Shown here one piece after another: positions 49,416-61,028 of a stretch of DNA of 64,000 nucleotides. The notes beneath the pieces are model-generated. The model made no database searches. It worked only from the letters and a program-made list of their open reading frames with translations, and had not been told where the DNA came from. The stretch is from Zootoca vivipara (taxonomy: Eukaryota). The stretch is taken from assembly GCF_963506605.1 (NCBI RefSeq), contig NC_083283.1, forward strand, positions 6,944,001 through 7,008,000, written 5' to 3'. Made by a program: the position numbers and the translations under genes. Every line of letters starts with the position of its first letter. Within the stretch, counting starts at the first letter, position 1.

Positions 49416-52400
49416 GCTGAATGACTGTATGTGGAAATCTTGTCTCCGCTTCTGGAGCAGAAGTTTCCTCTAGGAAATAGAAAGTAGCACAAATAAGATT
49501 GACTCAACAGGAATTCTGCGCAAAACAGAGAATGGTGAGACCCAGGAGCCCATTGAACCACACATACACTCACAACTTTTGTCTATCAAGCCAAAAGTCA
49601 AATAGGTGTAATTTTCTGCAATATTATTGAATCCTCCACATGGGCCACACCCCTCTGGATTTCTTCTCATAAAGCTGTTTTTGTTCTTTAATGAGTTAGT
49701 TTACCAGGAAACTGAGATTCACTGGTGGCAAGAGAAGAGGTCGGCACAGCATTCCCTGGTCCTCTTGCCCTATTGTCCAATTTGTAAAGTCTCTCCAAAA
49801 TTGGGATTCAATCATATTTCTTTTACTATGACCAGGCTCAACATTCATGCCTAGGAAGAGATATCAGTAAGGATGAAGGAGATGGACAGAGACAGAGTGA
49901 GAAGGACTCCACCTTGTTTAGGGAAAGTTTGTTACAAAGTTAAGTTCACTTACCTACTGCATATGAATCCAGGTAGGACTATCTTCCATTGCTAAAAGAG
50001 CAGGCTAGGAATGAATGAGGGTGTGCAGGAATTTCTGAAAGAGAGATGAAGCAGTAATGTAACGTGGGTTTTTTTTTTATTACATATAACTCAGTGTTCT
50101 TTTTGTTGTTCAGTTCCTAGGATTCTCACCAAAATAGAACAAGCTTTCTGATATGTCTATATTGGCTTCCCCCTAACCAAGGAGGATGTGTTTGATGCAT
50201 GGGAAGCAAACATGTGGGGGAGAGCAGGTGTTTACCCACGTAGTAGTGGCACCTTTAGGAAGCAACCATGCTTGATTGATAAACAAATGAGCAGATTCTC
50301 CTGGTGGTGGTGATGACAGAATGTTTACCTTACTCTCCCCTCCAAATGCCCCAGCCATTTTCCTAGTGCAAGGAAACTGAGCATTAGCACTTGGGCTGTT
50401 GCTTTAGCTGTAGTTGAGAGCTGGTGGCATCACACTTCCCTGACTTTCAGCCTGGCCCTAATCCAGACAGCTGTTTACATCTACTTACACAATGTATGTA
50501 GTCTCATACACAACATGCTGTGAAGACTTAGCAGTCCTCTTTGCCTACCAGGTTTTCCTCTTCTGTAGTCCTGAGTTTGATGGGGACATTTCCAAGTGCT
50601 TGCAAGAAACCCAAGTAGCTAATGTGGAGACCTCTGATGATGGGGTAGGGATGTAATTAGCCTTCACTTCATTTCCTTACGACCAAGAGTAAGGAAAGTG
50701 CTCTTCTGGCATTCTGAGTGTTGACTCAATGAGTGACTTATAGAAAGGGGAGAAACGAACTCTTCAGTGGGATGATTATGGTTCTGTAGCTTCATTCTAA
50801 GCTTCAGTCACTCACAGAACAGAGAAAGGGATTAAAGAATGAAAGAGAGTATATATGTTTATATATTAAGCGGAATCCCATCATTGTGTTTGCTTCTAGG
50901 AACATGGATATCTGCTCCCTTCGCATTGCCTTAATAATATCAACTTTCCCAAGACTTCACTGCTCAATCATAGGTGAATTCCCTGCCCTGGACTTGGTTC
51001 ACTTGATATGACCCAGTCTATTCTGCGTACCTGTTAAAATACATTAATCTCATTGTGTCTGGACACAAGGTTTGTTCTCTCTCTTGGCAAAACCTCAGGA
51101 AGTGACCTTATACTGAGTCAGACTATTGGTCTATCATGAGCAGGATTTGTCAAACAGACTCTCAGTGCCACTCTCTAGCATTTTAAAAAAAGTGGTCTTT
51201 CCACCCCTACCTGGAGGTGCTTGGGAATTAACCTTCTGCAAACACCGCTGCTCCAGCCTCTCCTGTAAATGTTTCACCCAACCTTCTGACTAACTGCAGA
51301 TCAGCAGTCTTCAGAGATGGTGACTGCAAAAGAACAAGGACACAGCATCTTGAAGTGGTCCTAATGACTTAAGAGAAAAAAATGTGGCCCCACTCATGCC
51401 CCATGGAAAAAATCTTAAATCTTACCAGTCTCTCTCAAAGATGCAAACCAGTCCCTCCTGTTCTTTGTCTGGAGTCAATTTGATTCTATGCCTCATAGGA
51501 CAAGAGGATGCTCTTAAATTGGATATGAAGATAATTATCAGTTCACCAAGGAGGTGGAGACTATTGTCATTTATGTCCCAAAAGGCTACAGTCATGAAGA
51601 CCAGGTTTGTAATTGGTTCTGGAGGAAGCAGCTCATGTCTCACGTACTTCTTTATCTGTACCAGACAAATGGAGTAAATCAAGACCTCATCCCCACATTT
51701 CTAATCTAGGCTGTCTAAGGAAGATAACAACTTCCTGGCCTTTTAACGGCCAAAAGCAGTTGTCCCCTATATGTCTTTTATTTGGTGGGGGAGTTGAGTA
51801 TTGTTGGGGAGACATGATTACCTAGGGTGGGAGGGGAGGTTGCTCTTGAGTAGGTTAACTAGGTGGAGGGGGCAAGGAGTCAGAGCCATTGGCTGTAACT
51901 CGTGGAAGGGAGCAGTTCCACCAGGTCATCCGTCATGCCCCCCTTCATTGGAGGCAATTCCATGGTAACCAATGTAACATTTATTTCTTTTCATTTATTT
52001 CATAAAATCTATACACTCCTTGATTGTCAAACAAAAACAAAAAAACACCCCAAATCAGCTTACAAACAAATAAACAGAAAAATCAAGAAAAATCACAACC
52101 ATACTTTAAAACATGCAAAAGTTAAAATACTGAAACAGATTGAACATATGTTAAGCTTCTTTACATGATATATTGTGCTTACAGTATTATCATTTGAACT
52201 CCGATTACCTTTAATATCTATTTAATATCTATATGAAGCCATTAGATGTGGTCATTAGGAGTTCTGGAGCACGGCATCAGCAATGTGATGATGTTGACAC
52301 ACAGCTTTCCCTTTCCATAACAGAGGAATCAGGAGAGGCTGTGAAAGCTTTGAACCAGTGTCTGGATGCAGTAGTGGTCTGGATGAGGGCTGATCAACTG

Positions 52401-52489
52401 TTTTTGAATTCGAGGAAGATGGGAGCTCTTTGGATGGGGGTCCCCATGTTTTGGAAATTGGGAAGTTCCCTGTTCTGAGTGGGGTTGTA

Positions 52490-52892
52490 TAGTGATACCT
52501 CAGGGTAAGTACTTAATTGGTTCCGGAAGTCCCTACTTAACCTGAAGCGTACTTAACCTGAAGCAAAATTTCCCCTTGAAAGTAATGGAAAGTGGATTAA
52601 TCCATTCCAGACGATGAAAAACACCCCCTAAAACAGCAATTTAACATGAATTTTACTGTCTAATGGGACCATTGATCAATAAAATGAAGGCAATAATCAA
52701 TGTACAGTGATACCTCAGGTTAAGTACTTAATTGGTTCCGGAAGTCCATACTTAACCTGAAGCATACTAAACCTGAAGCGAACTTTCCCATTGAACGTAA
52801 TGGAAAGTAGATTAATCCATTCCAGACGGGTCTGCGGAGTACTTAACTTTAAAGTGCTCAACCTGAAGCGTACTTAACCCAAGGTAGGACAG
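52490..52892. mobile_element. Tigger/mariner-type MITE with a duplicated left part
   Basis: (C/T)AGTGATACCTCAGG..AAGTACTTAATTGGTTCCGGAAG occurs at 52490 and 52705; flanked by TA; empty site at ~30229. Confidence 0.82.
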
Positions 52893-54089
52893 TACTCCCT
52901 TTGAAAGAGCAAGTATGAAGTTTGGGGGTATTTCTGGATACATCTCTGTCACTAGGTGCTCAGATGTCCTCTGTGTCCCCCATTCGCAACCCTGGATCAT
53001 ATTTTGGTTGACACTTGCGCCAGGAGCTTTGTAGATGATGAGATGTGAAAACAATGCTTGGACTTAAAATGAGCAATGTTTATTTAACACTGTTAAAGGT
53101 AACAGTTACTATATATAGGAATTCCCAACAGCACAAGCTCCTTTACATCTGAGTTATTGCGGTGTTGTACCTATCACTTCAAATTGTTGGGCAAGTTCCA
53201 TTGACTCAGGGCCACAGAGTAGTTAATTCTCTGCTCATAGCCATTCCTTGCAGGTACATTAACACTGCAATCCAAACCCAAGATCTGTCAAGATTAAGGA
53301 GTTTAAAATTTCATCTCATTCATTTTATTTTTTTCTCATTTTTCCATACAAAAATGCATGTCCAAAGTGGCTTTCAACCACAAAAAACAGGGGTGCATTT
53401 CACACAAACACTACAAAAACAATTTCATAATAACAAAATAACAAAAACATAGCAATAATTTCACATTAAGATAGCAAAACAAAAACATAGTAACATAAAA
53501 TAAACCACATTTCAATAGTATAACAAGGTCACTTAAACAGCATGTAGCATCCAAGAGCAAAAACAGCAAGGGAGCTTCCCGGTAACTCTCTCATTCAAGG
53601 GGATAGTTTTTACAACCATGTGACTAAGGTTGGATCAGCAATCTTCAGATTTGGTGAGCAGAAGACAAGGGCAGCATGCTGAGATGGCAGGTGCTAAGGA
53701 TTTGGGGGGGGGGGATTGTGACACAAGTTGTGTCCCAAAGAAGATTACACAACATTTCTATTCACAGTCCAAGTTGTACAGATTGTTCCACCTGATCTTT
53801 GCCTTGACTAGTTCAGCTTGTGCAATATAGGTACACAGTGTGGAGCATTTTTTTTAGCCGCAGGGCTTCATATCTTCATGGCCAATATTTCAGGGGCTAT
53901 ATACTGTAGGTGGGTGGGCCAAAGAAGAAAAATTGGGAGAACCAAAAAGGTGACTACTCCCTTTCTAAAGTAGGATACATTTCAGCTGCACAAACCCCAA
54001 AATTTTCAACACAACCCAAGCCTCTTTTTCTGCTGAGCATGAGTCATCAATGCAGTCCAAGGACACATTACAGTCAGACCAAAAAACTC

Positions 54090-55109
54090 TTATGAAAGGT
54101 TCCTAAGTGGGTTGGAACAAGGAGGGTCCATTTCCTGTCTGTCATTCTCCTCCTCATTCAAAACCCGCTGGAGGATGACCATTAGGCTCTCCCTAGATCG
54201 ACCTCCCTTCTTCCTCCCCACCAGAAAATAGAGGAAGGGGTTCACACTGCTGTTGAGCGAGGCACACAAGAAGCCATAATGGAGTTGAATGGGAATATTC
54301 AGGCCAATAAATCCACCAAGAAGAAAGGCATTGAGTGGGAAAGCAAGCATGAGGAAGAAGAGGAGTGTAAGTAAAATAACTATTAAAAGCCTTCCCCGCT
54401 TTCGCGGGTGTGATTTAAAACAGACTTTGATGAAAAGGATCACAGTTGAAATTGTCATGAGTGGGAGGCAAAGCAGTCCAGTCAAGAGAAATTGAAAATA
54501 TGCTATGAGGATATAAAGAAAGGTGTTATCTGATATACGGAAATATGTTTCTTGGAGAATGTAGACGATTAGGCAGAGCAGACAGGAGAGGACCCATATG
54601 AGGGCACACACAGTGGTGGACAAATGTGTCGGCCGGGCACACCGATGCCAGATAGGGAAGAGGACAGACACACATCTGTCAATGCTGATGGCTGTCAGAA
54701 GAAGTTGCCCAGTGTTGTATGTGGAGGCAAAGAGACAAAGAACAATCCTATAAAATTGTAGCAATCCTACAAATTCAGTATACTCAATAGAATAAAAGAA
54801 CTCTAGGCTCAGGAGGAATGCAAAGTCTGCAACAGCCAAATTAAGGATGTAGGTGGTGAATGGTTTCCTCCTAATGTGGAAACCAAGAAGCCAGATGACA
54901 ATTCCATTCCCCAAAAATCCCACACAGCAGATAACTAAAATGAAGCCATATATTATAGATATAATAGATATTTCAAATGGGTTATAGTGGGAATGTCCTT
55001 GATCATTATATGAGCTATTATAAGTGCCGTTATACTCCTTATATGTCACAGCATCCGCAGCAGATTGCAAAGTCCCATTGATATGTCTTTCCATGCTGAA
55101 TGACTGCAT
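54090..55109 (-). CDS. MAS-related GPCR (MRGPR/MAS1-like), 339 aa, recent-paralog subgroup
   Basis: First ATG at 55109 (MQSFSMERHING); the track's 55139 start is non-ATG. All family motifs present. Confidence 0.95.
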   Translation of the reverse strand: MQSFSMERHINGTLQSAADAVTYKEYNGTYNSSYNDQGHSHYNPFEISIISIIYGFILVICCVGFLGNGIVIWLLGFHIRRKPFTTYILNLAVADFAFLLSLEFFYSIEYTEFVGLLQFYRIVLCLFASTYNTGQLLLTAISIDRCVSVLFPIWHRCARPTHLSTTVCALIWVLSCLLCLIVYILQETYFRISDNTFLYILIAYFQFLLTGLLCLPLMTISTVILFIKVCFKSHPRKRGRLLIVILLTLLFFLMLAFPLNAFLLGGFIGLNIPIQLHYGFLCASLNSSVNPFLYFLVGRKKGGRSRESLMVILQRVLNEEENDRQEMDPPCSNPLRNLS

Positions 55110-55423
55110 GCGGAAATCTTGTCTCCTCTTCTGGAGCAAAGGTTTCCTCTAGGAAATGGAAAGTATCACAAATAAGATTGACTCAGCTGGTATTCTGTGC
55201 AAAACCCAGAATGGTGAGACCCAGGAGCCCATTGAACCACACATACACCCACAACGTTTGTCTGTCGAGCCAAAAGTCATATATGTGCAATTCTCTGCAG
55301 CATTACTGAATCCCCCACATGGGCCACAACCCTCTGGATTACTTCTCTTAAAGCTGTTTTTGTTCTTTAGTGAGTTAGTTTATGAGGAAATTGAGATTCA
55401 TTGGTGGCAAGAGAAGAGGTCAG

Positions 55424-56171
55424 TTAAATGTTAAGCTTTAGATTAGAAAAAGGAGTAGATAGGAAAAATGGAGTTTTCTGGAGGGAGAGAAGAATGGCTG
55501 GGGAAAGGAATTTTAGATTTGTATTTAATGTTTATGTTTTGTTAGGTGCCTGGGCAGAGGGCCACCTTTCTTCCTTTCCCTGCTTGGAAGCACCTGGTGG
55601 CAGGGGGTGCCCCGAGGGGGAAGGAGGGGGTGGAGGGAAACCCAGACACAAAAATGGATCTCCTTTGGAAGGCCTCACCTCATGGATACACCTCGTGGCA
55701 GGAGGTGACCCGTGGGGAGGGGGCATGAAAAAGGAGGAGGATAATGTGAATATTTAAAGGAAAAGATTTTAATTATGAATAAAAAATCCGCCATAATTAT
55801 GTTAAAAAACTAAGAAGACCAGGAAGAAGAGATCTGAGGAACCCATAAGTACAATGTTAAGTTACAAGAATTGGTAAAAATCCTTTGTTTGTTTTATATG
55901 TGTGTGTTCAAGGAATAGCTGGGGGAAATCCAAACCAGGCTACTCTTCCACACCTCGCCTCCTGGTGGCAGGGGGGTGGGTGAGAGTGGAGGAGTGGGGG
56001 GGGAGGACGAACTTAGCCTTAAAATGGACCCCTTCGGCTCTCAATGCCTACTGGTCCTACTGGTGGCAGAAGTGGACTGGTGGGGGAAGGGAGGATGGAG
56101 GGACAGAATATATATATAATGTTATGTTTTGTTTGTGTTTATTTAAAAAACTAATAAAAATATTATAAAAA
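55424..56171 (+). mobile_element. L1-like G-rich 3' fragment inserted in the putative intron of the 54090 gene
   Basis: 15-bp TSD AAGAGAAGAGGTCAG; AATAAA plus A tail; empty sites at ~27895, 39138 and 49729. Confidence 0.82.
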
Positions 56172-59042
56172 AAGAGAAGAGGTCAGCACAACATTCCCTG
56201 GTCTCCTTGCCCTGTTGTCCAATTTGTAATGTCTCTCCAAAACTGGGATTAAATCATATTTCTTTTACTATGACCAGGCTCAAAATTCCTGCCTAGGAAG
56301 AGATATCAGTAAGGATGAAGGAGATGGACGGAGACAGAGTGATAAGGACTCCACCTTGTTTAGGGAAAGTTTTTTTAGAAAGTTCTATAGCAGTGAATTT
56401 CACTTACCTACTGCATATGCATCCAGGTGGGACTATCTTTCAATGCAAAAAGGGCAGACAAGGAATGAATGAGCATGTGGAGGTGGTTCTGAAAGAGAGG
56501 TCAAGCAGTAATGTAACATGTTTTCTTATTATAACTCAGTGTCCTTTTTGTTGCTCAGTTCCAAGGATTCCCCCCAAAACAGAGCAAGCTTTCTGATATG
56601 TCTATATTGGCTCCCCCTAACCAAGAAGTGTGTTTTTGATGCATGGGAAGCAAACACGTTGGTGGGGGGGGGCAGGTGTTTACCCAAGTAGTAGTGGCAC
56701 CGTTAAGAAGCAATCATACTTGATTGATAAACAAATGAACAGATTCTCCAGGTGGTGGTGTTGACAGAAGGTTTACCTTACTCTCCCCTCCAAAGGCCCC
56801 AGCCATTTTCCTAGTGCAAGGAAACTGAGCATTAGCACTTGGGCTGTTGCTTTAGCTATAGTTGAGAGCTGGTGGTATCACAACTTCCTGGCTTTGAGCC
56901 TGGCCCTAATCCAGACAGCTGTTTACATCTACAAACACAATGTATGTAGCCTCATACACAACATGCTGTGAAGACTTAGCAGTGCTCTTTGCCTACCAGG
57001 TTCTCTTCTTCTGTAGTCCTGAGGTTGATGGGGAAATTTCCAAGAGCTTGCAAGAAACCCAGGTACCTAATGTGGAGACCTTTGATGATGGGGTAGGGAT
57101 GTAATTAGCCTTCACTTCACTTCCTTATGACCAAGAGTAAGGAAAGTGCTCTACTGGCATTGTGAGTGTTGACTCAATGAGTGACTTATAGAAAGGGGAG
57201 AAACAAACTCTTCAGTGGGATAATTATTGTTCTGTAGCTTCACGCTAAGGGTTTAGTCACTCACAGAACAGAGAAAGAATTCAAGAAATAAAGAGAGTGC
57301 ATATTCTTTATATATTAAGCGGAATCCCATCATTGTGTTTGCTTCTATGAACATGGATATCTGCTCCCTTCATATTGCCTTAATAAGACCAACTTTCCCA
57401 ATACTTCACTGATCAATCATAGGTGAATTCCCTGCTCTGGACTTGGTTCATTTGACATGACCCAGTCTATTCTGCATATCTGTTAAAATACATTAATCTC
57501 ATTGTGTCTGGGTACAATGTTTGTTCTCTCCCTTGGCAGAACTTCAGAAAGTGACCTTATACTGAGTCAGACTATTGGTCTATCAAGGTCAGGACTTGTC
57601 AAACAGACTCTCAGTGCCACTCTCTAGCAATTTAAAAAGTGGTCTTTCCAACCCTTCCTGGAGGTGCTTGGGAATTAACCTTCTGAAAGTACTGCAGCTC
57701 CGGCCTCTCCTGTAAATGTTTCACCCAACCTTATGACTAACTGCAGATCAGCAGTCTTCAGAGATGGTGAGTGTAAGAAAACAAGGACACAGCATCTTGC
57801 ACTGGAATGGCAGGTCCTAAGGACTTAAGAGGGGGGGAAATGTGGCCCCACTCATGCCCCATGGAGAAAAAGTAAAATCTTACCAGTCTCACTCAAAGAT
57901 GCAAACTGGTCCCTCCTGTTCTTCGTCTGGACTCAATTTGATTCTATGCCTCATAGGACTTCATATCTTTAATCGGATATGAAGATAATTATCAGTTCAC
58001 CAAGGAGGAGGAGACTATTGTAATTTATGTCCCAAAAGGCTACACTCATGAAGACTAAGTTTGCAATTGGTTCTGGAGGAAGCAGCTCATGTCTCACGTA
58101 CTTCTTTATCTGTACCAGACAAATGGAATAAATCAAGACCTCCTCCCCACATTTCTAATCTAGGCTGTCTATGCAAGATAACTTCCTGGTCTTTCAACGG
58201 CTACAAGCACTTGTCCTCTATGGGTCTTTTCTTGGGTGGGAGAAGTGTTTATTAGTGGGGAGACATCATCACCAAGGGATCACCAAGGTTATGCAAACTA
58301 GGTGGAGGGGGCAGGCATTCAGAGTCATTTGTTGTCACTCATGGAAAAGAGCAGATCCACCAGGTCACCCTTCTCCTCCCCACCTTCATCAGCAGCCAAT
58401 TCCATGGTAACCCCCTGTCTCTCACTCTGACTGTCACAACCACCATGGTGGACTTTTTCTGCCTCTCTCTGACCCTCACTCCTCTATCTCTCTATGGTAA
58501 ACCCCTGGGCTGAGCCTCAAAGCCAGGTAGGCTCTGCCTCTGAGCTTTCTCATTGGTCAATCTGCATTAACCATTTCCATCCTCCTATACAAACATAATC
58601 ACAAGGAATGGGCAAACGGCACATCAATGTCACATTAATTTTTTTTCATTTATTTCATAAAATTTATACACTGCTTGATTGTTAAAAAAAAAAAAAACAC
58701 CCCAAAGCAGCTTACAGATGAATAAACAGAAATATCAAGAAAAATCACACCCATACTTTAAAACATAAAAAGTTAAAATAGTGAAGCAGATTGAATATAT
58801 GTTAAGCTTCTTTACATGATATATTGTGCTTACAGTATTCTCATTTGAACTCCAATTAACATTAATATCTATTTAATATCTATATGAAGCCATTGGATGA
58901 AGTCATTGGGAGTTTTGGAGCAAGGTATCAGCAATGCGATGATGTTGACACGCAGCTTTCTGTTTCCATAACATAGGAATCGGGAGAGGCTGTGAAAACT
59001 TTGAACCTGTGTCTGGATGCAGTAGTGAATTCAAGGAAGATG

Positions 59043-59664
59043 ATACCCAATAGTCGGATATAGTAGGAAACAAAACTCTCAAGAAGATGTAACTTTCTTT
59101 TTGTATGCCACAACAGCAGCGAGAATTTTGATAGCCAAGAATTGGAATACACATGAAGTACCAACAGTTGAAGATTGGCAGATGAAAATGATGGAATATA
59201 TGGAACTGGCTGAACTGACCGGGAGAATGACCAGAGGGAAGAGGCGGTGGAGGAAGACTGGAAGAAATTTAAAGACTATTTAAAGACATATTGCAGTATT
59301 TGAGATAGATTTGGAAGTAGTATAGGTTGTAGTTTTAGAAATTATGATATAAGGGAAAGATAACTTGATTGGTGATTTTAAGAGAGAAAATATAGAAATT
59401 ATGGAAAGTAAGATAATAATATAGTATAGAGCTTTAACACAGAAGTTGCTAAAGTAAAGATGGAATTAAATTGAAGCACAGATGGAGGGATTCGAGGAAG
59501 TCACCTGAAAATGGTTAAGGAGAAAAAAAGATTTTTTAAGAGATTTTTATTTTTATTTTTTGTTTTGTATATTCGCAATGCTGTGTATCGTATTGTGTTG
59601 TGTTTATTTGTGTATTGTGTTCACTATGTGATGTTGCAAAATGAATATTTTTTTTATAAAAAAA
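59043..59664 (+). mobile_element. L1-clade LINE 3' fragment
   Basis: YATTAARILIAKNW..VPTVEDWQMKMMEYMELAELT is homologous to the 47123 ORF; 16-bp TSD GAATTC(A/T)AGGAAGATG. Confidence 0.88.
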
Positions 59665-59911
59665 GAATTCTAGGAAGATGGGGGCTCATTGCGGGTGGGG
59701 TGTGGGGTGTCATCCATGTTTTGTAAGTTGGCAAGTTCCCTGAGTGGGGTTGCACTCCCTTTGAAGGAGCGAGTGTGAAGTTTGGGGGTACTTCTAAATA
59801 CATCTGTGTCACTAGATGCTCAGGTGTCTTCTGTGACTCTGAGAGCCTTTTGGCAGGTATGGAAATTCCTGGACAGGGAAGGCCTGACCACTGCAGTCCT
59901 TCAGTCTAGGA

Positions 59912-60047
59912 CAGGCATCCCCAAACTTTGGTCCTCCAGATGTTTTGGACTACAATTCCCATCATCCCTGACCACTGGTCCTCTTAGCTAGGGATCTTGG
60001 GAGTTGGAGACCAAAACATCTGGAGGGCTGCAGTTTGGGGATGCCTG
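59912..60047. mobile_element. hAT MITE
   Basis: TIR CAGGCATCCCCAAACT; perfect TSD GTCTAGGA. Confidence 0.93.
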
Positions 60048-60131
60048 GTCTAGGAGAATTTTACCCTACCCCTGAAATGACATCAAAAAGTAGCCACAGG
60101 AAATCACTTTAAAATAAGCAAAGAGCAGAGC

Positions 60132-61028
60132 AGAGATCTACAGCCTCTCCTGGACAATGACAGCTCCCTTTCTCAAGCTCTGGGAGGAAGACCTTTCATT
60201 GCCTACAGACAGCCACCCAATCTTAAACAACTCCTCACCCACAATAATACAACCACCAGACTTAACATGGACACTGGTACCAGAGCCTGCAATAAACCCA
60301 GATGCCAACTTTGCTGCCACATACACCCAGACAACACCATTACTGGCCCCAACAACATCCAACATACCATCTCAGGACTATTTAATTGCTCATCCTCTAA
60401 CATTGTGTATGCCATCAAATGCCAACAGTGCCCTCCAGCTCTCATATATCAAATGCCAACAGTGCCCTCCAGCTCTCTATATTGGACAAACAGGCCAAAC
60501 CCTACGCCAAAGGATAAATGGACATAAATCTGACATCAGGAACCAGAAGACAGAAAAACCAGTAGGAGAACACTTCAATCTCCCAGGACATTCTATACAA
60601 GATCTCAAAGTAGCTGTCTTACTACAAAAGAATTTCAGAAATAGACTGGAAAGAGAAGTTGCTGAATTGCAACTTATCACCAAGCTCAAAACCATGGAGG
60701 GACCTGGTTTGAACAGAGATATCGGGTTCTTATCTCATTATACATGATAAGCGATCTTCAGCCATCTCAACCCTTGCTTTTTCATGCAAAACCATTTGCA
60801 GTCGTTTGCGGTCATCAACAGCTATCAGTCAGTCAATCACCCATTTCCACCACCCTTCTGGGTGATCCCCCCTCCCCATCCCCACCCCTCCCCACCCCTT
60901 CTCTACATAAGTGCCTGGAAACTTCCATTTCACTGTATCTGAAGAAGTGTGCATGCACACGAAAGCTCATACCAAAATAAAAACTTAGTTGGTCTTTAAG
61001 GTGCTACTGAAGGAATTTTTTTATTTTA
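60132..61028 (+). mobile_element. Penelope-like retroelement, 5'-truncated, GIY-YIG endonuclease (frameshifted by a 34-bp duplication)
   Basis: CNKPRCQLC...NCSSSNIVYAIKCQQCP / YIGQTGQTLRQRINGHKSDI...VGEHFNLPGHS...REVAELQLITKL..GLNRD; duplicated segment at 60414-60443 and 60448-60477. Confidence 0.93.
60935..60972 (+). ncRNA. Minimal type I hammerhead ribozyme of the Penelope terminus (core intact)
   Basis: GUAU-CUGAAGA-A-GUGUGCAUGCACAC-GAAA-GC-UC-AUAC: stem I GUAU/AUAC, palindromic stem II, palindromic AGCU in place of stem III. Confidence 0.75.

Larger units (their letters stand above)
24290..59900. repeat. Tandem segmental duplications carrying the four recent MRGPR paralogs
   Basis: Long near-identical blocks: 24.6-25.5k ~ 33.4-34.5k ~ 42.5-43.5k; 27.6-28.4k ~ 38.8-39.7k ~ 49.4-50.3k ~ 55.1-56.7k; 28.8-30.7k ~ 40.5-41.7k ~ 51.1-53.3k; 30.7-32.9k ~ 57.4-59.0k; 34.5-36.0k ~ 43.5-45.0k+47.8-48.3k. 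Confidence 0.92.
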
